Part shown: in pieces, positions 52,708 through 64,000 of the stretch | How the letters are laid out: each line of letters opens with the position of its first letter | Position numbering within the stretch: the first letter of the stretch is position 1 | Origin: the human T2T-CHM13v2.0 reference genome, Homo sapiens | Direction: 5' to 3' (one strand) | DNA: 64,000 bases | Assembly (NCBI RefSeq): GCF_009914755.1 | Contig: NC_060929.1 | Notes under the pieces: generated by a model | The model's input: the letters and a program-made list of their open reading frames with translations, nothing else | What the model was told of the DNA's origin: nothing | Database searches by the model: none | Position numbers and translations under genes: made by a program

Positions 52708-52879
52708 AAAACTGACCAACAAACTTTCATTGGGCTTCTATTTTTTTTTTTTTTTTTTTGGTGGGGTGGGGTTGAAGGAAAAGGAGAGGATTTTACTCCT
52801 CCCAGTTTTTAATGGATACCTTCCTATATAAGTTGGAAATAAATTGGATGAAGTCACAGAAAACCAAAAGAACATTTTT

Positions 52880-53320
52880 TTCTTATTCCTTTTTTTTTTT
52901 TAATGTGATAAGAAATCTGGAGACAGATGGTGGAGGGCAGATACTGTGGCTCACAGTGCCAACTGGGAGCCAGCTGCTATGTCTTCCTGTGCACTCACCC
53001 TTAGCGTGTGGATTTTGACCTATGCTTGCTGCCTCATGGACACAAGATGGCCACTCCACTTCCGCATCACATTTGGGCAAAAGGGATATGCTGACTGATT
53101 GCTCCTTTTTTACACAGCTTTCCTGGAAGTCCTTTTCAGTGCCTTCCATGTAAACCTTGTTGGTCAGAGCCATCTTATATGCCAGGTAAGTGGGAAAAAA
53201 GATTTTTTATTATTAATTTTTTTAAGCAGGAAAAATTGCTGCACTAGAGCAGACTAGATTTTAGTTAGTAAGGAAAGAAGGAAAATAGATATTGCAAAAG
53301 TAAACTAGTACCTTCTGCTG
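52880..53320 (-). mobile_element. Old MaLR LTR (MLT1J-like)
   Basis: CCTCATGGACACAAGATGGCC; TTAGTAAGGAAAGAAGGAAAATAGATATTG. Confidence 0.6.
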
Positions 53321-53514
53321 AATCTCCCAAAGTTTATCAGAATCAGGACTCATTCTCAGTGAGGAATTAGGGTCAATTGTTTTAAGTGACCAATCAATAC
53401 TGGTGTTCGTGCAGGCACACACACTTACAACATAGATCCAAGGACTGATTCTTCCGATCCTGCCCTGAAATGCTTCTACCTGCTATCAAACAAAAGCTTG
53501 TTTTATAAGCTTTA

Positions 53515-53821
53515 TTTTATTTTATTTATTTATTTATTTTTTGAGACAGTCTGACTCTGTTGCCCAGGTGGAGTGCAGTGGCACGATCTTGGCTCCCTAC
53601 AACTTTTGCCTCCTGCGTTCAAGCGAGTCTCCTGCCTCAGCCTCCCTGAGTAGCTGGGACTACAGGCATGCAGCACCACACCCAGCTAATTTTTGTATTT
53701 TTAGTAGAGATGGGGTTTCACCGTGTTGTCCAGGCTGGTCTCGAACTCCTAACCTCAGATGATCTGCCTGCCTCGGCCTCCCAAAGTGCTGGGATTACAG
53801 GCATGAGCCACTGCATCTGCC
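53515..53821 (-). mobile_element. AluS (Sx/Sz-like)
   Basis: Antisense dimer with (TTTA)n tail; TSD TTGTTTT(A/G)TAAGCTTTA at 53498-53514 and 53822-53838. Confidence 0.95.
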
Positions 53822-55771
53822 TTGTTTTGTAAGCTTTAGACACTCCTGTGCTACAGCAGCTTCCATATGAGGCTGGGTTTCATGTGTATAAGTTACTAGC
53901 TCAGAAAATCCAAAGCTAAATTCCTGGTTGCATAGTATTCTAGTAAATGTATATTTTATGATTTATTTAACCAACTCCCTATTACTGAACATTTAGTTTC
54001 TGATATATTTATTCATTTTCTTCAATATAATTTTTTAATTGTGTGATCTTAAAAATGAAGTTTTTCTTAGTCCTACAGGGCTAAGTTGATGGATGAAGCT
54101 GAGATGTTTAGAGGGCTTGGTGTTATTAAGACTGATCTAAAACTGGGTAGGATACATTGAATTGTTCTATTCTGGGTGTAATGACATGCTCTTTTGACTA
54201 GGCTAGAGAATGATGACAAAATATCAACTGACAGATAATATGAGAGGCTAGAGGAGAGAATATTCAATAGTTTTTCTTTTCAATTTTCCTTTATTGTGCG
54301 TCCCTATGTGCCTGGCTTTGGGTTGAGCTGCCTTTTCCTATTATCATTGTTTTACTTACCCCTAAAATTAGCCCAAAGATCTTAGTGGGTAGTTAATTCT
54401 TTAAGATGGATTAAAAACATCAGTCTCATTCTCTAGTGGCATCTTGTCTCTACTGTTCACTTCTCTTTTGATTCTGACACAACCATCTAACCCCATTCTT
54501 CAGACATGGGTGCTGACATCCAACAGAGGCTCGGCTTGTCTGTGTTTCTTTTCTCTTTGTTCCTGGGCATGTCTGCTAGGAACTTCTAAGGCAGGAAGAA
54601 GCCCAGCATTACACCTTTCCCCAGACTGTATGCGGCATACTAATGCTTGCTCCCTGGGCACTTGTAATTGCAGATATGGACTGTTTATGCCAGTGATGAA
54701 AGTGGATGAACAGCTGCAGCTGCCAGGCAAAAGATAATGCAGGAATGAGAATGTCAAAGTGGCTATATCTGAACTTAAATTAACCTTTCTTGTTGCTCTT
54801 CTTTTTCTCTCCTTTTCCATTCAATTTTCCACCCCAGGGTTCCCAGCATCTTCCTCAAGACTTTGATCTATTTTGCTATATTGACTGAGTTGACTGCTCC
54901 GGTAGATGGATAGTGGCCCTCGAAGGAGGGTAGATTAGAGAGTTGGTGGGGGGAGAGCTTGGAGGCAGAGACAGGGGTGAGTAGACAAAGCAGTGGGGTG
55001 CTGACGGAAACAGTTTTATCATGTGTCACAGCTCCTCATTATAAGCACTGATTAGAGCATTTCTGAGTTTTTAATTGCATCCAGGGTTAATTCTTACCCA
55101 GTGTGCTAATGTATATGTATACTGCAAGGTTAGCGATGTTAGGCCCACCTCACATTTTAATTCAGGATAGTTCTACCTGCCTCTGGGAATTAAAATGATG
55201 ATGAATTCCACATGCAGTGAGTAGTTCTCCATCCTCCTGCTCTGCACAGTTGGAGCACAGCTCATTTGTGTGCCCCTGGACTGCCAGTCTTTCATTCTTC
55301 CTTTGCCATTTCTCTTCCTCCCTTATCTTGCAGGAGTACAAGTGGCTATTTGTTCCTCTCTATGCATTGCAGCCCAGCTCTGAGATAATTCATCCTTCCT
55401 CCTCTATTGACAGACACAGACATCACTCAAGGCATTGAGGACAGAAATCAGCAAGCTGCCCTTTGCCTGAGAGTCTGACCTGGCTCCATGTGGGAGGCCA
55501 GGTGGAGGCAGCTTTGATATGCTTCTGTGGGGACTGCATCATCAGTGGACCATCCATTGGCGCTTCCAATGTGTGCACTCCCCCATGACCTGGCCCTTTG
55601 ACAATACCATTTGTTGTCATCGATTTCTGGGTGCTCAGAAGGCTGGTGGAATCTGCACGCAGTTTCTTAAATCTTAGTGGAGGAGAAACTACATACTAAC
55701 CCTTTTGGGACCTGCCAATCTCTTTTCTGGCTGGAAAGAGCCCATCTAGGGACTGATAAGTGCTCAGCAGT

Positions 55772-55905
55772 CAATTCTATTTAATTCAACAGATATTTAA
55801 TGAGAGGCTGCTTGGAGTCAGATATGATGCTAGACAGGACAAGGGTTAAAAGATTAATGGGATCCAGATCCTCACCTTTGTGGGGCTCACAGCCGTGGGA
55901 GAGTT
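55772..55905 (-). mobile_element. L2 3' end fragment
   Basis: ATTCAACAGATATTTAATGAG..GATGCTAG..GGGCTCACAG. Confidence 0.6.
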
Positions 55906-55930
55906 ATAGTTGTGTATAATTGTAACAGGA

Positions 55931-55966
<36 letters not shown>

Positions 55967-55975
55967 GTGCATGTG
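55931..55975. repeat. (TG)n microsatellite
   Basis: Tandem TG with TA interruptions. Confidence 0.92.
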
Positions 55976-56074
55976 GTAGGGAGGGGGTTAATATGAGAAA
56001 GAAAGGATACTCCAGATGGGAAATGAAGAAAGGAGACTGGTGTATTTGTCTAGGATTTATTCCACACATGTGTG

Positions 56075-56491
56075 TGTCTTATTCAGCTCAGGTAGCTATA
56101 ACAAAATACCATAGACTGGGTAGGTTAAACAATAGATATTTATTTCTCACTGTTTTGGAGTCTGGAAGTTCAGGATCAGGGTGTTAGCGTGGTTGGACCC
56201 TGGTGATGAGGACTGTCTTTCTGGGTTGTAGACAGCCACTTTGTCCCTCTGTTGTCACATGGTGGGATGAGGGTGGAAAGGGGGATGAGAGACAGGGAGA
56301 GAGGGAGTGAGAGCAACAGCTTTCTGGTGTCTCTTATAAAGGCACTAATTCTGTCAGACCAGAGTCTTGCCCTCAAGATCTCACCTTACCCTAGTTACCT
56401 CTCAAAGGCCCCATTTCCAAAAGCCATTATGCTGGAGATTAGAGCTTCAACATATGAATTTTGAGAGAACACAAACGTTCAGTCCATAGCA
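56075..56491 (-). mobile_element. MLT1A/MLT1A0 solo LTR
   Basis: GCTATAACAAAATACCATAGACTGGG...ACACAAACGTTCAGTCCATAGCA; TSD GTGTG at 56070-56074 and 56492-56496. Confidence 0.92.
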
Positions 56492-56709
56492 GTGTGGTTC
56501 AGAGACACCAATTTCTTTATATTTTAATATACCTTTCTCTAATATCTTACATAGAATAATGTAGAATATCATACAGTAAATATATTATTTACTATACTTT
56601 TTGTCCTTCCATCTGTTTCTAGCTTCCTTTTAAGAAACCGCCACTCTATTCTACATGTTTTGGAGTTGCACAACAGCAACCTGGAGTAACAGTGACTTCT
56701 TTGCTCCCT

Positions 56710-56790
56710 CTGGTCAATTTACTTCTTTGAGCCTCAGTTGCCTCATTTGCAAAATGGGAGCATAACACTAGATGATTTCAAAGGCAGTCT
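56710..56790 (+). mobile_element. MIR3/MIRc core fragment
   Basis: TGAGCCTCAGTTGCCTCATTTGCAAAATGGG...CTAGATGAT. Confidence 0.7.
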
Positions 56791-56885
56791 GTTCCCTTTC
56801 TTCCTCTTCCCCCTCTTCTTCTTTCCCCCCTTCCCTTCTCTCTCTCTCTCTTGCTTCCTCCTTCTTTCTTTCAAAAAATGTTTGC

Positions 56886-57171
56886 AGGAGCAGAAAACCA
56901 AACACCATGTGTTCTCACTTATAAGTGGGAGCTGAATGATAAGAACGCATGGACACATCGGGGGGAACAACACACACTGGGATCTGTCAGAGGGTGGGGA
57001 TGGGAGGAAGGAAAGTATCAGGAAGAATAGCTAATGGATGTTGGGCTTAATACCTAGGTGATGGGATGATTTGTGCAGCAAATTACCCTGGCACACGTTT
57101 ACCTATGTAATAAACCTGCACATTCTGCACATGTACCCCTGAACTTAAAATGAAAGTTGGAAATTAAAATG
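56886..57171 (+). mobile_element. Short 5'-truncated L1PA (about PA8-10) 3' end
   Basis: CAGAAAACCAAACACCATGTGTTCTCAC...GTACCCCTGAACTTAAAA; TSD AAATGTTTGC at 56876-56885 and 57172-57181. Confidence 0.93.
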
Positions 57172-57286
57172 AAATGTTTGCTGAAGAGTCAAAAAATGTA
57201 CTGATATTATGTGATACATGTTGTGATAACACTGCCATGTTAACTTCTTGGTACTTGATAACACAAAATACAGCTTGTGGAAAGGA

Positions 57287-57552
57287 CAATTACTCCAATC
57301 TCTGCATCTGTCTCCACACAGCATTCTCCTCTCTGTGTCTCTGTGCCCAAATTTCCCTCTTCTTATAAGGATATCAGCCAAATTGGATTTCAGGACCCCC
57401 TTATCCAGTATGACCTCATCTTAATGTGTTTACATCTGCAAAGACCATATTTCTGAATAGTTTCTCATAGATTCTGAGTGGATATTAATTCCTATGGAAT
57501 ATATTATCCAACCCAGTACGTGAACTGACCAACAAACTTTCATCTGGCTTCT
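57287..57552 (+). repeat. Local duplicate of 52498-52739 (half of the MLT1C plus flank)
   Basis: First 54 bp identical; shared non-LTR flank AACTGACCAACAAACTTTCAT. Confidence 0.92.
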
Positions 57553-57873
57553 CTTTCTGATCACCTCCAGTTCATATGCAAAGGTTGCTAGGCCCATTTT
57601 CTTCTTTGTCCTCACCTTCTATCCCTCCACCTTACTCCTTCTGGGTCTCTGACAGGGCATAATTTTTGTCTAGGCCATGAAGAAGATGGTGGAAGAGACC
57701 TTTTCTGTACACTTTGCATTTGTAGATTGGGAGACACAGCGTCTCTTCTGATGGTCTGTGTGTTCTCACTGAGAGGGAATATTCAGTTTCTCCACCTACA
57801 TATTAATTATCCACCACCTACCTATTCATTATCTGATGGCAAGTTTATGCCAATGACTATAAAATATTTCATC

Positions 57874-58710
57874 ATGAACAGACACTTCTCAAAAGAAGAC
57901 ATACAAGCAGCTGACAAACATATGAAAAAAATGCACAATATCACTAATTATCAGAGAAAGGCAAATCAAAACCACAGTGAGATACAATCTCACATCAGTC
58001 AGAACGGCTATTATTAAAAAGTAAAAAGAACAACAACAACAGCAAAAGCCCCCCAAAACAGATGCTCATGAGGCTGCAGAGAAAAGTGAATGCTTACGCA
58101 TTGTTGGCGGTAATGTAAATTAGTTCAGCCACTGTGGAAGGCATTAAACAGAACTGCCATTCAACCCAGCAGCAATCCAATTACAGGGTATAAACCCAAA
58201 GGAAAATAAATCATTCTACAAAAATGACACACAAGTCTGTTGATTGTAGCACTATTCACAAGGACAAAGACATGGAATCAACCTAAGTGCTGCTCCACAA
58301 AGGACTGGTTAAAGAAAATGTGGTACATATATACCAGGAATACTATGCAGCCATAAAAAGGATGAAATCATGTCTTTTGCAGCAATGTGGGTTCAGCTGG
58401 AGGCCATCATCTTAACAAAATTAACAGAAACAGAAAACCAAATACTGCATATTCGTTCTTATAAGTGGGAGATAAACACTGAGTACATATGGACATAAAG
58501 ATGAGAATAATAGACAGTGAGAACTACTATACGGGGGTGAGAGGGAGGGAGGCAAAACTGAAAAATTGCCTATTGGGTACTACGCTTACTACTTGGGTGA
58601 TGGGATCACTCGTACCCAAAACTCAGTGTCACACAATATACCCACGTAACAAAAACCTGCACTTGTACTCCCTATATCTAAAATAAAAGTTGAAATTATT
58701 TTAAAATTAA
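57874..58710 (+). mobile_element. L1PB/L1PA15-16-type 3' end
   Basis: ATGAACAGACACTTCTCAAAAGAAGAC...CTGAAAAATTGCCTATTGGGTAC...CTAAAATAAAAGTTG. Confidence 0.9.
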
Positions 58711-59667
58711 GAAATTATAATCTTTATGGGACAAATTTTACTATTAAGGAATGGGACAAACATCGAGGAAACATCTACTATGTGCTACTGGTGAGGCCCA
58801 GTGAGGCCTGCCAGAGTTAAGTCTAGCAGTGGCTGGCACCTTAGACCCTTCTCTAGTCCCACATTACTCACCTCCTAGACCGCAGTGGGAGATATTTAGT
58901 TTCCTGAATGTGAGGTTTCTAGGAAGTTCTGTTTCTGTGAACTTGAGTTTCTGGCATCTTAGAAATTTTTCCAAACTGCCAAGAAGAGGTGACTATGCTG
59001 ATTATTATGTAACTTTTCTAAAAATGAGTAGTACTAAATAAATCAGTGCCATTTTTTCCTTTATTTAGATAAACTAATCTCAATTGCAAGGATAAACGAG
59101 GTTTCCAAGAGGTTTTTTCTTACCAGTTCTGGCAAACAAAGTGGAAGAGCAAATCCACATGAATGAGTCCATAATGCATCTCTGTTAGGCTTTTTGTCCT
59201 GGCACTGCCCATCTGCTGGAAGCTGCCCCTACAAGAGCAGGCAGCCATTAGAAGTTTCTCTGTTTAGATCCTTCCTGGGGAAGGGAGACTCTAAATAGAG
59301 TTGGGTTTAGTTGCTGAAAACTTGTGATTAGCTGTAGACTGTCAATCACCTGCAGCCAAGTCTATTTCGGCAATGCTGTAGTTTTCTTGTTTCAGATCAC
59401 TTCTCACTGCCTAAGGTTATTATGCTCGGGCTTCCCATTGCAGATAGTCAAGCTCTTTCCAGCTTGCCTTAGTTTATATCCACTCTTTCACGGCTATTTT
59501 AAATGTGCAATTACTAGGGAAAAAATAGATGGCTTTGAGCTATGATGTTAATGTCCACATCTCACATGGCTTTCACAGTAATACAACAGCCCCTACCTTG
59601 CAGAGTTATAGGTTCTGTTGTGATAATATGGTTTAATTTTTTTATTTCAGTAATTATTTGAAATTTT

Positions 59668-59728
59668 ACACTACACACACACAGTCACACACACACACAC
59701 AATCACACACATACACACTCACACACAC
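59668..59728. repeat. Imperfect (CA)n
   Basis: Interrupted CA tract. Confidence 0.85.
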
Positions 59729-60595
59729 TGTTAGGAGACTGAAACAAAGGCAATTATTGTTTAACAAAATAGAAATTGCATCACACCTCAGTGTCAATAT
59801 AAGCAGTGAACAAAATCAACCACCAGATAATTTAAATTTTTATACAGAACTTGATTATTTTTTCATAATAATCATAATACTTATTGAGAATGTACCCTTT
59901 GTCAGACACATTTCTAAGCATTTAAAATGTATTAATTCCTCTAAAGACACACTAAATCAGGCTGAAAGGATATTTAATATTGTCAGACACTGTGTGTCTA
60001 CCGAATTCAGATAATCAGCTATACTGTACCTGTTTGGTAATTCATGTCTGTTAGGTTGTTTAGGGTAAATTAGTTTTCTTTGTTTCAGAGGACCTAGAGA
60101 TAGATAGGCAGAAAGAGCCTCCTTAAGAAGAAAATACGGCATTCTGGTCCTGTCTTTTCCTGAGAGGGTTCAGCTGATCTTGGTTCTTTTCACATCCCTC
60201 ATTCCTCTTGCCAAAATCCCAGCAAACTCAAAGCTTGGTATAAATTGAGTGATACAATTTGATTTCTCAAGTTTGGAAGAGTCTCCTGTTTTGTTCTTCT
60301 GGTCTGACATGGCCGCTGTCCTTGAAGTTTTTAACCTGGGCAGATCACGTGGAAGATGTGAACTTCTGAGTTGGCCTACGTAGGAATTAATGTGTAGACA
60401 ATCCTTCCCCATAACTCCAATATTCCCAACCTGTGTTTTTCTCTTCTTCTTCTACTTACTAGGATGCATGTGGTTCTTCCAGGGTTGAAGTTAGGAAAAG
60501 GTTGGGAGATGAGAAGTGAGAGGCATATATGATACGTTATTTGACTGGTGGTATCAGTTGTTGATATCCACCCTGTGTGGGGCACATTTGTTGAG

Positions 60596-63500
60596 TTTTT
60601 TTTTTTTTTTTTTTTTTTTTCACCTTTTAAGTTCCTGGGTATATTTGCAGGATGTGCAGGTTTGTTACATAGGTAAACGTGTGCCATGGTGGTTTGCTGC
60701 ACACATCAACCCATCAGCCAGGAATTAGGCCCAGCATCCATTAACTATTTTTCCTGGTGCTCTCCCTCTCCCAGCTCCTCCTACTGGCCATAGTGTGTGT
60801 TGTTACCACCATGTGTCCATGTGTTCTCATTCAGCTCCCACTTATAAGTGAGAAAGAACATGTGATGTTTGGTTTTCTGTTCATGTGTTAATTTGCTGAC
60901 GATAATGGCCTCCAGCTCCATCCATGTCCCTGCAAAAGACATGATCTCCTTCATTTTTATGGCTGCATAGTATTCCATGGTGTATATATACCACATATTC
61001 TTTATCCAGTCTATCATTGATGAGCATTTGGGTTGATTCCATGTCCTTGCTATTGTGAATAGTACTGTAATGAACATATGCATGCATGTATGTTTATAAT
61101 AGAACAATTTATATTCCTTTGGGTATACACCCAGTAATGGGATTGCTGGTTCAAATGGTATTTCTGCCTCTAGGTCTTTGAGAAATTGCTACATTATCTT
61201 CCAAATGGTTGAACTCCCACCAGTAGTGTAAAAGTGTTCATTTTTCCCCAAACCTCACCAGCATCCTGTTTCTTGACTTTTTAATAATCTCCATTCTGAC
61301 TGGTGTGAGATGGTATCTCATTGTAGTTTTGATTTCCATTTCTCTAGTGATCAGTGACGTTGAGCTTTTTCTTCATATGTTTCTTGGCCGCATAAATGTT
61401 TTCTCTGGAGAAGTGTCTGTTCATGTCCTTTGCCCACTTTTTAATGGGGTTGTTTGTTTGTTTGTTTTTTCTTGTAAATTTGTTTAAGTTCGTTGTAGAC
61501 ACTGGATATTATACCTTCATCAGATGATTAGATTGTAAGAATTTTCTTCCGTTCAGTAGGTTGTCTGTTCACGTTGATGATAGTTTCTTTTGCCGTGTAG
61601 GAGCTCTTTAGTTTAATTAGACCCCACTTGTCAATTTTTGCTTTTGTTACTATTGCTTTTGGAGATTTTGTCATGAAATCTTTGCCCATGCCAATAAGGC
61701 ATGCTTTCCCCCTTGCTTGTTTTTGTCAAGGTTGTTAAAGATCAGATGGTTGTAGGTGTGCAGTCTTATTTTTGAGTTCTCTATTCTGTTCCATTGGTCT
61801 ATGTGTCTGTTTTTTTTTGCCATGCTGTTTTGGTTACTGTAGCCTTGTAGTATAGTTTGAAGTCAGGTCACATGATGCTTCCAAATTTGGGTTTTTTTTG
61901 TTTTCTTGTTTTTGTTTTTTTTTTTGCTTAGGATGGTCTTGGCTATATGGGCTCTTTTTTGGTATAATATGAATTTTAAAATAGTTTTCTTCTAATTCTG
62001 TGGAGAATGTCAAAGGTAGTTTAATGGGAATAGCGTGGAATTTATAAACTACTTTGGTCAGTATGGCCATTTTTATGATATTGATTCTTTTTATCCATGA
62101 GCATGGAATGTTTTTCTATTTATTTCTGTCCTCTCTTATTTCTTTGAGCAGTGATTTGTAGTTCTTCTTGAAGAGGTCCCTCACTTCCTTTGTTAGCTAT
62201 ATTCCTAGGTATTTTATTCTCTTTGTAGCAATTTTGAATGAGAGTTCATTCATGATTTGGCTTTCTGCTTGCCTGTTGTTGGTGCATAGGAATGCTAGCA
62301 GTTTTTGCACATTGATTTTGTATCCTGAGACTTTGCTGAAGTTGTTAATCAGCTTAAGAAGCTATTGGGCTGAGACAATGGGGTTTTCTAGATATAGGAT
62401 CATGTCATCTGCAAACACAGATAATTTGACTTCCTCTCTTCTTATTTGAATATTCTTTATTTTTGTTTCTCTTGCCTGATTGCCCTGGCCAGATCTTCCA
62501 ATACTATGTTGAATAGGAGTGCTGAGAGAGGGCACCCTTGTCTTGTGCTGGTTTTCAAGGGTAACGCTTCCAGCTTTTGCTAATTCAGTATGATATTGGC
62601 TGTGAGTTTGTCATATATGGCTTATTGTTTTGAGGTATGTTTCATTAATACCTAGTTTATTGAGAGTTTTTAACATAAAAACATAAAGGGATATTGAATT
62701 TCATCAAAGGCCTTTTTCTGCATCAATTGAGATAATCATATGGTTTCTGTCTTTAGTTCTGTTTATGTGATGAATTACGTTTATTGATTTGCATATGTTG
62801 AACTACCTTGCATACCAGGCTGAAGCTAAGTTTATCATGACAGGTAAACTTTTTGATGTGCTGCTGGATTCGGTTTGCCAGTATTTTATTGAGGATTTTT
62901 GCATTACCATTCATCAGGGATATTGGCCTGAAGTTTTCTTTTTTTATTGTGTCTCTGCCAGGTTTTGGTATTAGGATGATGCTGGCCTCATCAAATGAAT
63001 TAGGGAGGAGTTAGGGAGTAGTTTCAGTAGAAGTGGTACCAGTTCTTCTTTGTACCTCTGGTAGAATTCAGCTGTAAATTCATCTCGTGCTGTTTTAATT
63101 TTTTAATTTTTTAATTTTATTTTTTGGTTGGTAGGCTTTTTATTACTGCCTCAATTTCTGTCCTTGTTATTGGCTTATTCAGGGATTCAATTTCCTCCTG
63201 GTTCAGTCTCAGGAGGGTGTATGTGTCCAGAAATTTATCTATTTCTTCTAGATTTAGTAGTTCATGTATATAGAGGTGTTTATAATATTCTCTGATGATT
63301 GTTTGTATTTGTGTGGGGTCAGTGGTGATACGCCCCTTTTATCTATTTGGTTCCAGCTTTTGCTTTTCTTCTTTATTAGTCTTGCTAGTGGTCTATTTTA
63401 TTAATTTTCTTGAAAAAAACAGCCCCTTGATTCGTTCATTTTTTGAAGGGTTTGTTGTGTCTCAATCTCCTTCAGCTTTACTCCAATCTTGGTCATTTCT

Positions 63501-64000
63501 TGTCTTTGTAGCACTGGGGCTTGTTTGCTTTTGGTTCTTTGGTTCTTTTAGTTGTGATGTTAGGTTGTTGATTTGAGATCTTTCTGGCTCTTTGATGTGG
63601 GCATTTAGTTCTATAAATTTCCTTCTTAACACTGCTTTGGCTGTGTCCCAGAGATTCTGGTACATTGTTTCTTTGTTGTCATGAGCTTCAAAGAATTGCT
63701 GATGAGCGTTTTACTTCCAATTATGTCATCAATTTTACAGTAAATGCCATGTGATGATGAGAAGAATGTATATTCTGTTGTTTTGGAGAGGAGAGTTCTG
63801 TAGATATTTATCAGGTCCACTTGATACAGAGCTGAGTTCGGGTCCTGAATATCTTTATTAATTTTCTGTCTCAATGATCTGTCCAATATTGTTAGTAGGG
63901 TGTTAAAATCTCCCACTATTATTCTGTGGGAGACTAAGTCTCTTTGTGGGTCTCTAAGAACTTGATTTATGAATCTAGGTGCTCCTGCTGTATTACGTGC
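60596..64000 (-). mobile_element. L1PA (about PA10-13) 3'UTR plus most of ORF2 with internal deletions; runs off the window
   Basis: Poly(T) at 60596-60620; antisense peptides [26 protein letters not shown] and EN motif MGDFNT. Confidence 0.95.

Overview
This is primate (catarrhine-like) nuclear DNA, AT-rich, intronic or intergenic, and dominated by transposable elements. It contains 7 Alus (J, S, Y and one Yd-type), a near full-length L1PA15/16-type LINE-1, several younger and older L1 pieces, L2, MIR, MaLR/ERVL/ERVK solo LTRs and DNA transposons (MADE1, MER58, Tigger2, MER47). I found no supportable host protein-coding exon, RNA gene, CpG island or prokaryote-type system, and the recognisable ORFs are Alu/L1-derived. 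The unusual signals are structural. (1) Four short locally templated duplications or insertions are each about 9-12% diverged from their source: 7587/9543 (flanked by an inverted repeat), 25254/25495, 41098/42075 (inverted) and 52498/57287. (2) A 2.4-kb composite L1PA+L1PB+Alu block is enclosed by one perfect 16-bp TSD, a probable 3' transduction. (3) An L1-MER11 deletion junction carries filler DNA. (4) A 10-bp duplication has created a perfect heat-shock element. Subfamily calls come from remembered consensus features and were made by eye; boundaries of the old elements are approximate.
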